From: Deltaproteobacteria bacterium
GTDB taxonomy: Bacteria; Desulfobacterota; Desulfobulbia; Desulfobulbales; JAJRZW01
Direction: 5' to 3'
Length of the DNA stretch: 64,000 bases
Assembly (NCBI GenBank): GCA_024275015.1
Contig: JAJRZW010000047.1
Coordinates: 36,328 to 100,327 of the forward strand
Of the stretch, positions 55,413 through 64,000 are shown piece by piece. The notes below the pieces were generated by a model, which was not told the DNA's origin, made no database searches, and saw only the letters and a list, made by a program, of their open reading frames with translations. Position 1 is the stretch's first letter. Every line of letters starts with the position of its first letter. A program made the translations under genes and the position numbers.

Positions 55413-56588
55413 TTACCGCGGTGTTTTTTGATACGCGCTGCTGGGTGAACCGTCAATATAGATACCTTCCAGGTAGGATAGTTTCCTTGGCAGCTGTTTC
55501 ACCGTGCCCCGGGCAACAAGAAAAGTCGCCCTTTTTCCGACAGCAAGGATTCCTATCCTGTCCATGGCGAAGAATCCGGCGCAGGTCGCAGATGCGCAAT
55601 GGATGGTTTCCTCCAGGGAGTATCCGGCTCTGACGAACAGCTTCATCTCCTCAACCATTGATTCGCCATGGATGATGCCGACGCTGCCGGCTCCGGTCCC
55701 GACCGCGGTTGTCACCCCGATTTTTCTGGCAAAACGCAGTTGCGCAAGCTGGTCGGCGAGTACCTTTTTCCAGTAAGCCTCCGCCTCGGGAACCGCCTTT
55801 CCCGGGGCCGCGTAGCGCTGGGAAAAACGGCAGCACACGTTTCCGCTGCCGTCGGCGCAGTCAAGGGCGCTTTTGGCCCGCAGTAAACCGGGAAACCATA
55901 ACACCCCCTGTCCGGCCATTGCCCTGAGATTATCCCGGCCCATCGCGTATCCCTGTTCGATGGCGTCACAACCAGCGGCAAGTGCCGCCCTTACCGGTTG
56001 CGGGCCATTGGCCACCACTACCGCCTTTCTCCCACCCCGGTTATCGAGAATCCGGCCCAGGTCATCATGGTCAATCCCGACGCATCGGGATTCTTCTCCC
56101 ACGTTGCCGGAACAGATGATCTTGAGGAAGTCACCACCATGGTCGTCGGCGTCTGTATCTTCTCCACTTCGACGGAGACGGCCGGAGGTACGGATATCAA
56201 TGATGTTCCTTGCCGCCATCGTCTCCTTGCAGAGTTCAACCTGGCCGTTTATGTCATCACTGTCGGCCACACCGAGTACCCCGTGGGCGTGGCAATAACG
56301 GATATGCCGGTCAATGTCGACCGTCAGTTCCGTACGGCCGGCATCCGTTGCCGGGGAACGCGACAGCGAGACGCTGCCGTCAACCAGTGGGGGCAGAATT
56401 GTACAGTGTGAGAAATCATCGATTATCGCGCTTGTATTGCGCGGCAGGCCTGCCGCGTCTTCGATGGCGATAATACGGGTGTCCCGCACGGCCAGGAAAA
56501 CATTCCTGCGCGCCTTGCCGCCGCTGCCGTCGATCAGGTTTCCCGCCACGATAAACCGGGTATTGTTTAGAGTGCTTATGGCTGTCAT
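55413..56588 (-). CDS. amidohydrolase-fold protein with substituted metal-ligand positions
   Basis: Collinear with the amidohydrolase consensus, but PGLiDaHvH reads PPLVDGSVS, siEHg reads AIEQG and GTDag reads GTGAG. Confidence 0.72.
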   Translation of the reverse strand: MTAISTLNNTRFIVAGNLIDGSGGKARRNVFLAVRDTRIIAIEDAAGLPRNTSAIIDDFSHCTILPPLVDGSVSLSRSPATDAGRTELTVDIDRHIRYCHAHGVLGVADSDDINGQVELCKETMAARNIIDIRTSGRLRRSGEDTDADDHGGDFLKIICSGNVGEESRCVGIDHDDLGRILDNRGGRKAVVVANGPQPVRAALAAGCDAIEQGYAMGRDNLRAMAGQGVLWFPGLLRAKSALDCADGSGNVCCRFSQRYAAPGKAVPEAEAYWKKVLADQLAQLRFARKIGVTTAVGTGAGSVGIIHGESMVEEMKLFVRAGYSLEETIHCASATCAGFFAMDRIGILAVGKRATFLVARGTVKQLPRKLSYLEGIYIDGSPSSAYQKTPR

Positions 56589-57730
56589 TCCACTTCCGCC
56601 AGCGGAGTTTCCGCCTCGTGATTTACCTCGGCCAGAATTTTTTCCGGCTGGGACAAAAAGAGGTCGGCGCGGTGGCGGGGATCAAAAAAATCCGGGTTGT
56701 ATCCCTGGATCAGGTTCAGATGTTCCCAGCGGGTCAAATAATATTCGATCACGTCCGGGAGCTTGGTGAACACCGTCACCCCGGGGTTGGGTTCGACGTA
56801 GCTTGAATTTATCAGTCGCCCGGGGTCAAGGGTCTGGCTTTGGTAAAAGTTATCGAGGAACATCAGTTCACCCGGCATCCGCGCCTCTACCCCAAGCCGG
56901 TTCAGAACCCTTATCAGACGTTCAATACACCCCTTGCCGAAACGGGCCAGGGGCAGGGGCAGGTAGATGTTTTTCGGGACATTGAGCTCCAGGTAGGACT
57001 TGATGGTTATGATCAGCTGCGACAGTTCCACCGGGCTTTTATCTACAAAATTAATCGTCTGTCCGGAGAACTCGTCGCGGTGATCGATGAGATGATGGAC
57101 AAAGCCGGGGATCTTCTTAGCGTGGGTGTAAGAGTGCATAACCCCCGGCCGGGTAAGAAGCACCGGCATCGAACGGTTGGCAACGGCGAAAAACAGGCGG
57201 TGAAAACCCTGGATCTTGTGGTCGTGCTTGCCGTAAACCACCCCGAGACGGATGACGGTATAGTCCAGCCCCCGGGTCTGGCGCATGTGGGCCAGGGTCT
57301 TTTCGGCCATGAGCTTGCTCTTGGCGTAATTGGGCATGGCGGCGGAAAGGGGCAGGGTCTCTTCTTCCCTGAGGTCAAGACCGTTGGGCATGGTGGCGGC
57401 GGAACTTATGTGGATGTAGGGGACCTGCAAAGCCATGGCGGCACGGGCGAGATAGACGCTGCCAAGATAATTGACCTCAAAGGCCATCTGGGGATCGGAG
57501 TCAATGGCGGCAATGGCGCTGTTGATGATAAAATCAGGCTTGAAGTGGGAACAATAGGCGACGATATCAGCGGGATCACGCAGGGAGAGTTTCTTGCTGT
57601 TGGGAGACAGGACCTCGACGGCGTTCCCTGCCCTGGTTTTGAAATAATGAACCAGACCGCCGCCGATAAGCCCGGAGCCGCCGAGGATGATCCCCAGGCG
57701 TTTTTCTCTGATATCGGTTCTGGTATGCAT
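56585..57730 (-). CDS. NAD-dependent epimerase/dehydratase-family (extended SDR) protein
   Basis: GGSGLIGG glycine motif and catalytic YAKSK. ATG at 57730. The stop overlaps the downstream start (ATGA). Confidence 0.85.
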   Translation of the reverse strand: MHTRTDIREKRLGIILGGSGLIGGGLVHYFKTRAGNAVEVLSPNSKKLSLRDPADIVAYCSHFKPDFIINSAIAAIDSDPQMAFEVNYLGSVYLARAAMALQVPYIHISSAATMPNGLDLREEETLPLSAAMPNYAKSKLMAEKTLAHMRQTRGLDYTVIRLGVVYGKHDHKIQGFHRLFFAVANRSMPVLLTRPGVMHSYTHAKKIPGFVHHLIDHRDEFSGQTINFVDKSPVELSQLIITIKSYLELNVPKNIYLPLPLARFGKGCIERLIRVLNRLGVEARMPGELMFLDNFYQSQTLDPGRLINSSYVEPNPGVTVFTKLPDVIEYYLTRWEHLNLIQGYNPDFFDPRHRADLFLSQPEKILAEVNHEAETPLAEVE

Positions 57731-57761
57731 AATTTCCCCGGCCCGGTTATTATTGATGGCG

Positions 57762-57807
57762 TCATGGTGCAGGTCTTTTCGTTCGATCCCGCCATGGCGG
57801 GATCGAA
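57762..57807. repeat. perfect 46-bp palindrome between the divergent SDR gene and holA
   Basis: GGTCTTTTCGTTCGATCCCGCCA|TGGCGGGATCGAACGAAAAGACC has no mismatch and is followed by ATTTTTC on the + strand. It lies 32-77 nt upstream of the SDR start codon. Confidence 0.95.
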
Positions 57808-57928
57808 CGAAAAGACCATTTTTCAAGATACCCAAATGAAATTATTCATTGGCCGTTAACCATCGACTGGTTTATGACAGATATCATACTTTTATAAATG
57901 GTAAACCACGGCAAAAAGGTCAAGGCAA

Positions 57929-59302
57929 ATGACGGTATATAAACGTCCGGATCTCAATAAACTGATCCAGCAGGCGGCCGGGGGCGAGACGGCGTCCCTG
58001 TATCTGTTTACCGGTGAGCGCAGTCTCTGCCTTGAGGCGGTTGACAAACTTCTCGCCTGTCTGTTTGCCGAGCCGGATGAACAAAACCAGGGGTTGCGCC
58101 GGATCAGCGGCGATCAGGAAGACCTGAAGGAAATCATTGGGCTTCTCCGTACCGTTGCCATGTTTTCGTCGCGGACAGTGGTTCTGGTTGACGACAGCCG
58201 CCTGTTTAAATCAAAAAAGGTCGCGGACAAGGTATGGGAACGCACCATGGAGGCGTATAAGTCCGGAGATGAAAAATGGGCCAGGATGGCGATCTTGAAT
58301 TTTCTCGCCATCGGCGGGGTAAAGCCGCAGGAGATCGACGCCTTGAGCGCGGACGGATGGCAGGAGGCCTTCGGCTTTGCCCGGCCGGAACCGGCCATTC
58401 TTGACGATATGGCCCGAATCGTCGCCGGCGCCGATCTGCCGAAACCGGTTGCCGGCGAAGAAGAGCTTGCCGCCTGGGTCGAGGCCGGTGGACCGGGGGG
58501 AAATATCCTGATTCTGATCACCCCGGAGCTTGACCGGCGCAAGGCCCTTTACAAGGCCTTAAGTAAAAAAGCGGCAGTGGTTGACCTCAAGGTTGACCAG
58601 GGCACCGGCCGGCTGGCGCAGGAATCGCGGGCGGAGATCATCCAGGAGGTAATCCGCAAGACCCTGGCCGTGATCAATAAACGTTTGGCGCCGGGGGCGG
58701 AAAAGCTGCTGGTTAACCGGGTGGGTTTTCATCCCGAGGCCATACGGTTTGAGCTTGAAAAACTGGCCATGTTCGACCCAGACGCCCCGGAGATCAACCT
58801 TGAAACGGTGAGGAACGAGGTTCCTCTGACCAGTGAACATGCCATATTTGAGCTTACCGAGGCGTTTTTTGCCCCCCGCCTTTTCGCGGCCCTGCTCATT
58901 CTACAGTCGCTGCTTGAAAACGGCATGCATCCTCTGGCGGTAATCGCCGGGCTGCGCAACCAGGGACGCAAACTCCTCGCCGCCCGGGAGCTTGCCTGCG
59001 GCACGACGGCAAGGGAGATCGGTTTTTCCGTCGGCATGAGTTTCTCCGCCTTTCAGAAAAACTGTCTGCCGAGGATAAAAGATACCGGGATGGCACCGGA
59101 GGTCATTCGCAGCCATCCCTTTGTGGTCTATAAAACAATTTCCCGGGCGGCTAAAATTCCGGGGCCGCGTCTGCTGGCGGTCATGGAGGCCCTGATGGAG
59201 TGCGAGATGCGCCTCAAGGGGTCCGGGATCGCCGGTCATACCCTGCTCTTTGCCATGATCTTCAAGCTCCTCCGGCCGATTCCGATTGCGGCGGCGGGAT
59301 GA
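57929..59302 (+). CDS. holA: DNA polymerase III delta subunit-like (long form)
   Basis: The N-terminus (LYLFTGERSLCLEAVDKLL) and C-terminal helical domain resemble HolA. At 457 aa it is about 100 aa longer than typical. Confidence 0.55.
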   Translation: MTVYKRPDLNKLIQQAAGGETASLYLFTGERSLCLEAVDKLLACLFAEPDEQNQGLRRISGDQEDLKEIIGLLRTVAMFSSRTVVLVDDSRLFKSKKVADKVWERTMEAYKSGDEKWARMAILNFLAIGGVKPQEIDALSADGWQEAFGFARPEPAILDDMARIVAGADLPKPVAGEEELAAWVEAGGPGGNILILITPELDRRKALYKALSKKAAVVDLKVDQGTGRLAQESRAEIIQEVIRKTLAVINKRLAPGAEKLLVNRVGFHPEAIRFELEKLAMFDPDAPEINLETVRNEVPLTSEHAIFELTEAFFAPRLFAALLILQSLLENGMHPLAVIAGLRNQGRKLLAARELACGTTAREIGFSVGMSFSAFQKNCLPRIKDTGMAPEVIRSHPFVVYKTISRAAKIPGPRLLAVMEALMECEMRLKGSGIAGHTLLFAMIFKLLRPIPIAAAG

Positions 59303-59377
59303 ATTCAGGTTTATGTGTTGTCGCAGCTGGTGTATAATTAGAAGCCGCGATTGATTTCCGTCACCCAAATTCATAAT

Positions 59378-59499
59378 CTTGAATCCGTGACGCCTCGAGA
59401 CTTTTGAAAGCGTATCAGATTGAATAATCGCGTTTTTGGCCCGGTTGCCGTTTGGGCGGCAGATTAACCCCGCCGTCCTCGAACGCTCACGGATTCAGG
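59378..59499 (+). mobile_element. MITE-D copy (122 bp, uninterrupted form)
   Basis: CTTGAATCCGTGACG ... CGCTCACGGATTCAGG inverted termini. It lies in the holA-clpS spacer. Confidence 0.75.
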
Positions 59500-59527
59500 A
59501 TAACTTAAAAAAACAAAAAAGCGGAAA

Positions 59528-59842
59528 ATGTCCGAACCGGGAAAGAAATATGACGAGTGGGTGGTGACCGACCACCGCGAAGAGGTTACTGAACCGCCGC
59601 TGTATCGGGTTATCCTTCATAATGATGATTACACCACCATGGATTTTGTCGTCATGGTCCTGGAGGCGGTGTTTTACAAGTCATACCAGGAGGCGACGGC
59701 GATAATGCTTAATGTCCACCAGCAGGGAAAGGGGACCGCCGGGGTCTACAGCCGTGATATCGCCGAGACCAAGGTGACCCAGGTAAAAAACATGGCCCGG
59801 CGCAACGACTACCCCCTGCGCTGTACTTTTGAGAAGGCATGA
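59528..59842 (+). CDS. clpS: ATP-dependent Clp protease adaptor ClpS
   Basis: 104 aa with PPLYRVILHNDDYTTMDFVV. Confidence 0.95.
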   Translation: MSEPGKKYDEWVVTDHREEVTEPPLYRVILHNDDYTTMDFVVMVLEAVFYKSYQEATAIMLNVHQQGKGTAGVYSRDIAETKVTQVKNMARRNDYPLRCTFEKA

Positions 59843-59843
59843 G

Positions 59844-62066
59844 ATGATCAGCCAGAAACTTGAAATGGCCCTGGTGATGGCTATCCGCGAGGCCAAAAGC
59901 CGTCACCATGAGCACGTTACCGTGGAGCATATCCTCTGGGCCCTGCTCCACGACGCCGACGCGGTCCGGATAATCAGGGACTGCGGCGGTGATTTAGAGC
60001 GTCTGAAAACGGTGATCGACGATTATTTCACCACCCGGGTGCAGTCGGTCAACCCCGAAGACCTGCCCGGGGAACCGGTACAGACCATCGGTTTTAACCG
60101 GGTCCTGCAGCGGGCCATCGCCCATGTACAGAACTGCGGCAAGAAAGAGGTGGAGAGCGCTGATGTTCTGGTGTCTATCTTTTCCGAGCCCGAGTCTTTT
60201 GCCGCCTATTACCTGAAGAAAGAGGGCATCCGTCGTCTTGAGGTGATGGAGGCCACCTCGGTCAACGTCCCCGGACGCGGCCCGGAGACGATGAAAAAAA
60301 AGGATAAGAAGAAGGACAAAAAAGAGACCGATTCGGCCCTGTGCCGCTATACTGTTGACTTCAATCGCCTCGCTGCCGCAGGGGAAATCGATCCCCTGAT
60401 CGGCCGTGAGCACGAACTTGAACGGATAATGCAGATTCTCTGTCGCCGACGCAAGAACAATCCCCTGCTGGTGGGAGAGCCGGGGGTGGGCAAGACCGCC
60501 ATCGCCGAAGGCCTGGCCCTGATGATCCATGAACAGCGGGTGCCGGAGGTGATGCGGGGGGAGAAGATTCACCTCCTTGACATGGCGGCGTTGATGAGCG
60601 GCACCAAGTATCGCGGCGACTTTGAGCAACGGATCAAGGCGGTGGTGAGCGAGGTCGAGGCGGCCGGGAACATCATCCTCTTCATCGACGAGATCCACAC
60701 CATTGTCGGCGCCGGGGCCACCAGCGGCTCGAGCATTGACGCCTCGAATCTGCTCAAGCCGGTGCTGCAATCCGGCAAGCTCCGCTGTATCGGTTCCACC
60801 ACCTACGAGGAACAGAAAAACAATATCGACAAGGACCGGGCCCTGGCGCGGCGCTTTCAGAAGATAGATATCGAAGAGCCGAGTCTGGTCGAGACCGTGG
60901 CGATCTTGAAAGGCCTGAAAAGCCGCTATGAGAACCACCATCAGGTGCGTTATTCCGATACCGCGGTCCGGGCCACCGCCGAGCTTGCCGATCGCTATAT
61001 CCACGATCGTTTTCTCCCCGACAAGGCCATTGATATCATGGATGAGGTCGGTGCCGCCATGCGCCTCGCGTCCAGCCCCGGAAGGCTTGTTACCGTCCGC
61101 GAGGTCGAGAAGGTGGTAAGCCGGATGGCCCGGGTGCCGGCCCGGCGCCGGGCCACCGTCGGTGACCGGGCGCAATTGAAAAATCTCGAGGCCTACCTCG
61201 CGGCCACTATATTCGGCCAGAAAGAAGCGGTTCACCATCTGGTCACCGCGATCAAGCGTTCCCGGGCCGGGCTTAAACAGGTTGACAAACCCACTGCCGC
61301 ATTCCTTTTTGCCGGGCCCACCGGGGTCGGAAAGACCGAGGTCGCCCGCCGGCTGGCAGGCGGACTCTCGATCCACTTTGAACGTTTCGACATGAGTGAA
61401 TACATGGAGAAACATGCGGTGGCGCGGCTCATCGGTGCCCCGCCGGGCTATGTCGGCTTTGACCAGGGCGGCCTTCTCACCGAGGCGGTGCGCAAACACC
61501 CTTACAGCGTCATTCTCCTCGACGAGATCGAAAAGGCGCATCAGGAGGTGTTCAATATTCTCCTCCAGGTGATGGACCACGCCACCCTCACCGATAATAA
61601 CGGCCGCAAGGCCGATTTCCGTAACGTTATTCTCATCATGACCACCAATGCCGGGGCCAGGGAGATGGCCACCCGGAGCATTGGTTTTACCGGCGACAAC
61701 CGGGGGCGCGAAGACAAGGCCTTACAAGATACCTTTGCCCCCGAGTTCAGGAACCGTCTTGACGGCAGCATCACCTTTGCCCCCCTCTCAAGACCGGTGA
61801 TGCTTAAGATCGTTGATAAGATGATCGCCGAAGTCCAGGCCCAGGTGGCGGACCGGAAGGTAAGATTTTCCCTGACCGGAGGCGCCCGGCAATGGCTGGC
61901 GGAACAGGGCCATGATCCCGAATACGGCGCCCGGCCTTTAAGCCGTCTGATTGCCAGGGAGATCGGTGACGTCCTCGCCGACGAGATCCTCTTTGGTCGC
62001 CTGATAAACGGCGGCGAGGTCAGGATCGGGGCCAGAAACAAAAAGTTGACCTTTGATTATCGCTGA
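59844..62066 (+). CDS. clpA: ATP-dependent Clp protease ATP-binding subunit ClpA
   Basis: Clp N-domain and two AAA+ modules (GEPGVGKT, GPTGVGKT). The gene starts 2 nt after the clpS stop. Confidence 0.96.
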   Translation: MISQKLEMALVMAIREAKSRHHEHVTVEHILWALLHDADAVRIIRDCGGDLERLKTVIDDYFTTRVQSVNPEDLPGEPVQTIGFNRVLQRAIAHVQNCGKKEVESADVLVSIFSEPESFAAYYLKKEGIRRLEVMEATSVNVPGRGPETMKKKDKKKDKKETDSALCRYTVDFNRLAAAGEIDPLIGREHELERIMQILCRRRKNNPLLVGEPGVGKTAIAEGLALMIHEQRVPEVMRGEKIHLLDMAALMSGTKYRGDFEQRIKAVVSEVEAAGNIILFIDEIHTIVGAGATSGSSIDASNLLKPVLQSGKLRCIGSTTYEEQKNNIDKDRALARRFQKIDIEEPSLVETVAILKGLKSRYENHHQVRYSDTAVRATAELADRYIHDRFLPDKAIDIMDEVGAAMRLASSPGRLVTVREVEKVVSRMARVPARRRATVGDRAQLKNLEAYLAATIFGQKEAVHHLVTAIKRSRAGLKQVDKPTAAFLFAGPTGVGKTEVARRLAGGLSIHFERFDMSEYMEKHAVARLIGAPPGYVGFDQGGLLTEAVRKHPYSVILLDEIEKAHQEVFNILLQVMDHATLTDNNGRKADFRNVILIMTTNAGAREMATRSIGFTGDNRGREDKALQDTFAPEFRNRLDGSITFAPLSRPVMLKIVDKMIAEVQAQVADRKVRFSLTGGARQWLAEQGHDPEYGARPLSRLIAREIGDVLADEILFGRLINGGEVRIGARNKKLTFDYR

Positions 62067-62080
62067 TTTCAACGCTCTGT

Positions 62081-62236
62081 TATCAGCCGGTTGAGAAAGC
62101 CGTCCATGGCTTGTTCAATCCCGGTTGGCCAAGCAGGTTTCGGCCAACCTCTCGATTTCACCGGATTTTTCTTTTCCGGCAAAATCGACGGCGTATCCAT
62201 GCGCTGCTACCAGCCCGTTGAAAAACGGGCTGGTAG
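62081..62236 (+). repeat. HCE copy (156 bp), immediately downstream of clpA
   Basis: TATCAGCCGGTTGAGAAAGCCGTCCATGGCTTGTTCAAT...GGTTGGCCAAGCAGGTTTCGGCCAACC...AAAATCGACGGCGTATCCAT...CCAGCCCGTTGAAAAACGGGCTGGTAG. Confidence 0.8.
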
Positions 62237-62270
62237 AACTTTAAAACTCGTATATTGGGAGGAAATAATT

Positions 62271-63140
62271 ATGGCTAAATGGAGCAGGTTTATTATTTGC
62301 GGTCTGTGTTGCGGCCTTCTGGCCCTGGCGGTCGGCTGTGATCGCGGCGGCGGAAAAAAAGTGGCCGCGGGCGACAAAAATACGGCCCCGACGGCCACTA
62401 CGGCGGCGCAACAGGAACCGCCGTCCATTAACGTCGAGGGTACCGTGGCTGAAGTCCTTGAAGGCGGCGGGTTCACTTTTATGAAAATAAAGACCGCTGC
62501 CGGGGAAAAATGGGCCTCGGTACCGCAGATACCGGTAAAAAAAGGAGACAGGGTCAAGCTCATCAGCGCCTTTCCCTTCCCCAATTTTCATTCCAAGAGC
62601 CTGGACCGGACCTTTAAAGAGATGATCTTCGCCTCCGGGATTGAAGGCAGACAGCCGACAGACCGACCGCATCTCAATACCGCCAAGACTGCGGATGCCG
62701 CCCCGGATAAAACCTTTGCCGCCGCCCTTGCCAGGGAGGGGAAAAACGCCGCTGCCACCAGTGGTAGCGGTAGCGCCGCCGCAGTGGTTAATAAAAAAAG
62801 CGCGATCACCGTTGACCGGGCCCCGGGGGCAAACGGCTTCACCGTGGCCGAACTTTTTGCCAGGGCCGCGGATCTCGACGGCAAGAAGGTGCTGCTCAAC
62901 GCCAAGGTGGTCAAGGTATCGCGTAATATCATGGGCCGTAACTGGGTTCACCTCCAGGACGGTACCGGCAGCGCTACCGACAAAAACCACGATCTGGTGG
63001 TCACCACCGCCGAGACCCCGGAGATGGACAGCATGGTCCAGGTCGAGGGAACCATGAAGGCGAACCGGGATTTCGGTTCCGGTTATCGTTACGCCGCCCT
63101 GGTCGAAGGGGCGAAATTCAAGAAACTTTCCGGGGAATAA
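62271..63140 (+). CDS. lipoprotein with two related putative OB-like domains
   Basis: ATG 62271 (GGGAGG RBS) and lipobox LALAVGC. Two related modules are present (EGGGFTFMKIKTAAGEKW... and GFTVAELF...NWVHLQDGTG...). The function call is tentative. Confidence 0.6.
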   Translation: MAKWSRFIICGLCCGLLALAVGCDRGGGKKVAAGDKNTAPTATTAAQQEPPSINVEGTVAEVLEGGGFTFMKIKTAAGEKWASVPQIPVKKGDRVKLISAFPFPNFHSKSLDRTFKEMIFASGIEGRQPTDRPHLNTAKTADAAPDKTFAAALAREGKNAAATSGSGSAAAVVNKKSAITVDRAPGANGFTVAELFARAADLDGKKVLLNAKVVKVSRNIMGRNWVHLQDGTGSATDKNHDLVVTTAETPEMDSMVQVEGTMKANRDFGSGYRYAALVEGAKFKKLSGE

Positions 63141-63152
63141 ACCCGGGTTTCC

Positions 63153-64000
63153 ATGCGGCTTGCGATTGTCGGTCCCGGGGCCATGGGAACCATGCTCGCG
63201 GTCAGGCTGGCGGCGACGGACGGTCTTGAGGTCACCCTTGTCGACCATAACCGCGACCGCGCCGCTGGTCTTGCGACCGCACCGCCGATTCTTGAACTTG
63301 ATAACGGCATTCTGCTTGCAGGCGATAAGGTAAGGATCACCGCTGCCCCGGCGAGGCCATTTGATTTTATTATCCTGGCGGTAAAGTCCGGGGATGTGGC
63401 AAAGGCCCTGGTCTCCTCGGCGGCCATTATCGCCGCCAACGGGATGATTATCTCCCTGGCCAATGGCCTGAGCCACCTTGACGCCCTCCGGTCCTGGCCG
63501 GGGCCGGGATATACCGCCGCCGGGATCACGGCCATGGGGGCCACTATGCTTTCCCCGGGGCGGGTTCGTTTCGGCGGTGGCGGAATCACCGTTATCGGCC
63601 TTATGGACAGACACTCCCCGACCCCGGCCGGATCCCGACTGCGACAATTGACCGTCATATTTAACCAGACCGGGATCAGAACCAGGATAAGCGATAATAT
63701 TGACCAGGATATATGGAATAAACTTATGGTCAATGTCGGCATCAACGGCCTGACCGTCATCCATGACTGCCGTAACGGCATCATCGCCGAAGACCCGGAT
63801 CTTGCCGCCGAACTTGCCGTAACGGTGCGGGAGGCGATGACGGTGGGCGAGGCCCTGGGTTTTTCTTTTCCCGAAGACCCGGTGGCCCGCGCCCTCGCGG
63901 TCTGCCGGGCCACCAGCGGCAATATCTCTTCAATGCTCCAGGATATCCGCCAGGGGAAAAAAACCGAGATCATGGCAATCAACGGCGCGGTGGTCGACCT
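63153..64000 (+). CDS. panE: 2-dehydropantoate 2-reductase (ketopantoate reductase), 5' part; runs off window
   Basis: Frame from ATG 63153: MRLAIVGPGAMGTMLA...NGL...IWNKLMVNVGINGLT...SSMLQDIRQGKKTEI. It is absent from the ORF track because there is no stop in the window. Confidence 0.85.
   Translation, partial: MRLAIVGPGAMGTMLAVRLAATDGLEVTLVDHNRDRAAGLATAPPILELDNGILLAGDKVRITAAPARPFDFIILAVKSGDVAKALVSSAAIIAANGMIISLANGLSHLDALRSWPGPGYTAAGITAMGATMLSPGRVRFGGGGITVIGLMDRHSPTPAGSRLRQLTVIFNQTGIRTRISDNIDQDIWNKLMVNVGINGLTVIHDCRNGIIAEDPDLAAELAVTVREAMTVGEALGFSFPEDPVARALAVCRATSGNISSMLQDIRQGKKTEIMAINGAVVD

Noticed and set aside
57771-57785. tRNA-like T-arm string GTTCGATCCCGCCA inside the 46-bp palindrome (possible tRNA gene or integrase att site)
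   Set aside because: No complementary T-stem, acceptor stem or anticodon arm can be drawn, and the sequence is simply one arm of a perfect palindrome. No integrase gene is nearby.
59994-61580. 528-aa ORF on the minus strand
   Set aside because: Antisense shadow of clpA.
9126-62271. CRISPR array
   Set aside because: The recurrent hairpin repeats are dispersed singly in different intergenic regions. They have different orientations and no regular repeat-spacer periodicity. No cas genes are present.
62241-63982. 507-aa and 297-aa minus-strand ORFs (62241..63764, 63089..63982)
   Set aside because: They are antisense to the lipoprotein gene and to panE. panE reads cleanly on the + strand from ATG 63153, but it is missing from the ORF track because it has no stop in the window.

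Overview
Chromosomal, mostly housekeeping window from a GC-rich (roughly 55-60% by eye) anaerobe that looks like a Desulfobacterota/deltaproteobacterium; the taxon is inferred from gene content only. About 58 protein-coding genes are supported: gyrB (3' end)-gyrA-gpsA, beta-carbonic anhydrase, MscS channel, hisS-aspS, modABC, a ferredoxin-nitroreductase, a small sulfite-reductase-like protein with a ZIP transporter, a heterodimeric ABC exporter, a GGDEF cyclase, a hybrid histidine kinase, glgX, a sigma-54 activator, queH, bamD, trxBA, hipBA, clpSA and panE (5' part). I saw no rRNA, tRNA or CRISPR array. The strongest signal that can be read directly is non-coding. Most of the larger intergenic gaps carry members of at least five short repeat families. 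These are MITE-like elements with terminal inverted repeats and 9-bp target duplications, a hairpin-cluster element, and nested insertions. Two copies have visibly remodelled gene ends. Protein-level candidates for uncharacterised biology: (1) a MinD/ParA-like ATPase + J-like/RodZ-type HTH + CutA-TPR operon; (2) a cNMP-domain SLC13 permease + PBP-like + CsgG-like/FGE operon; (3) an intact hipA next to an amber-interrupted hipB; (4) an amidohydrolase-fold protein lacking its metal ligands, paired with an SDR; (5) a degenerate Fic protein. I recognised no complete known defence system, prophage or integrative island. All family calls rest on motif-level recognition from the translated ORFs. No database search or computation was run.
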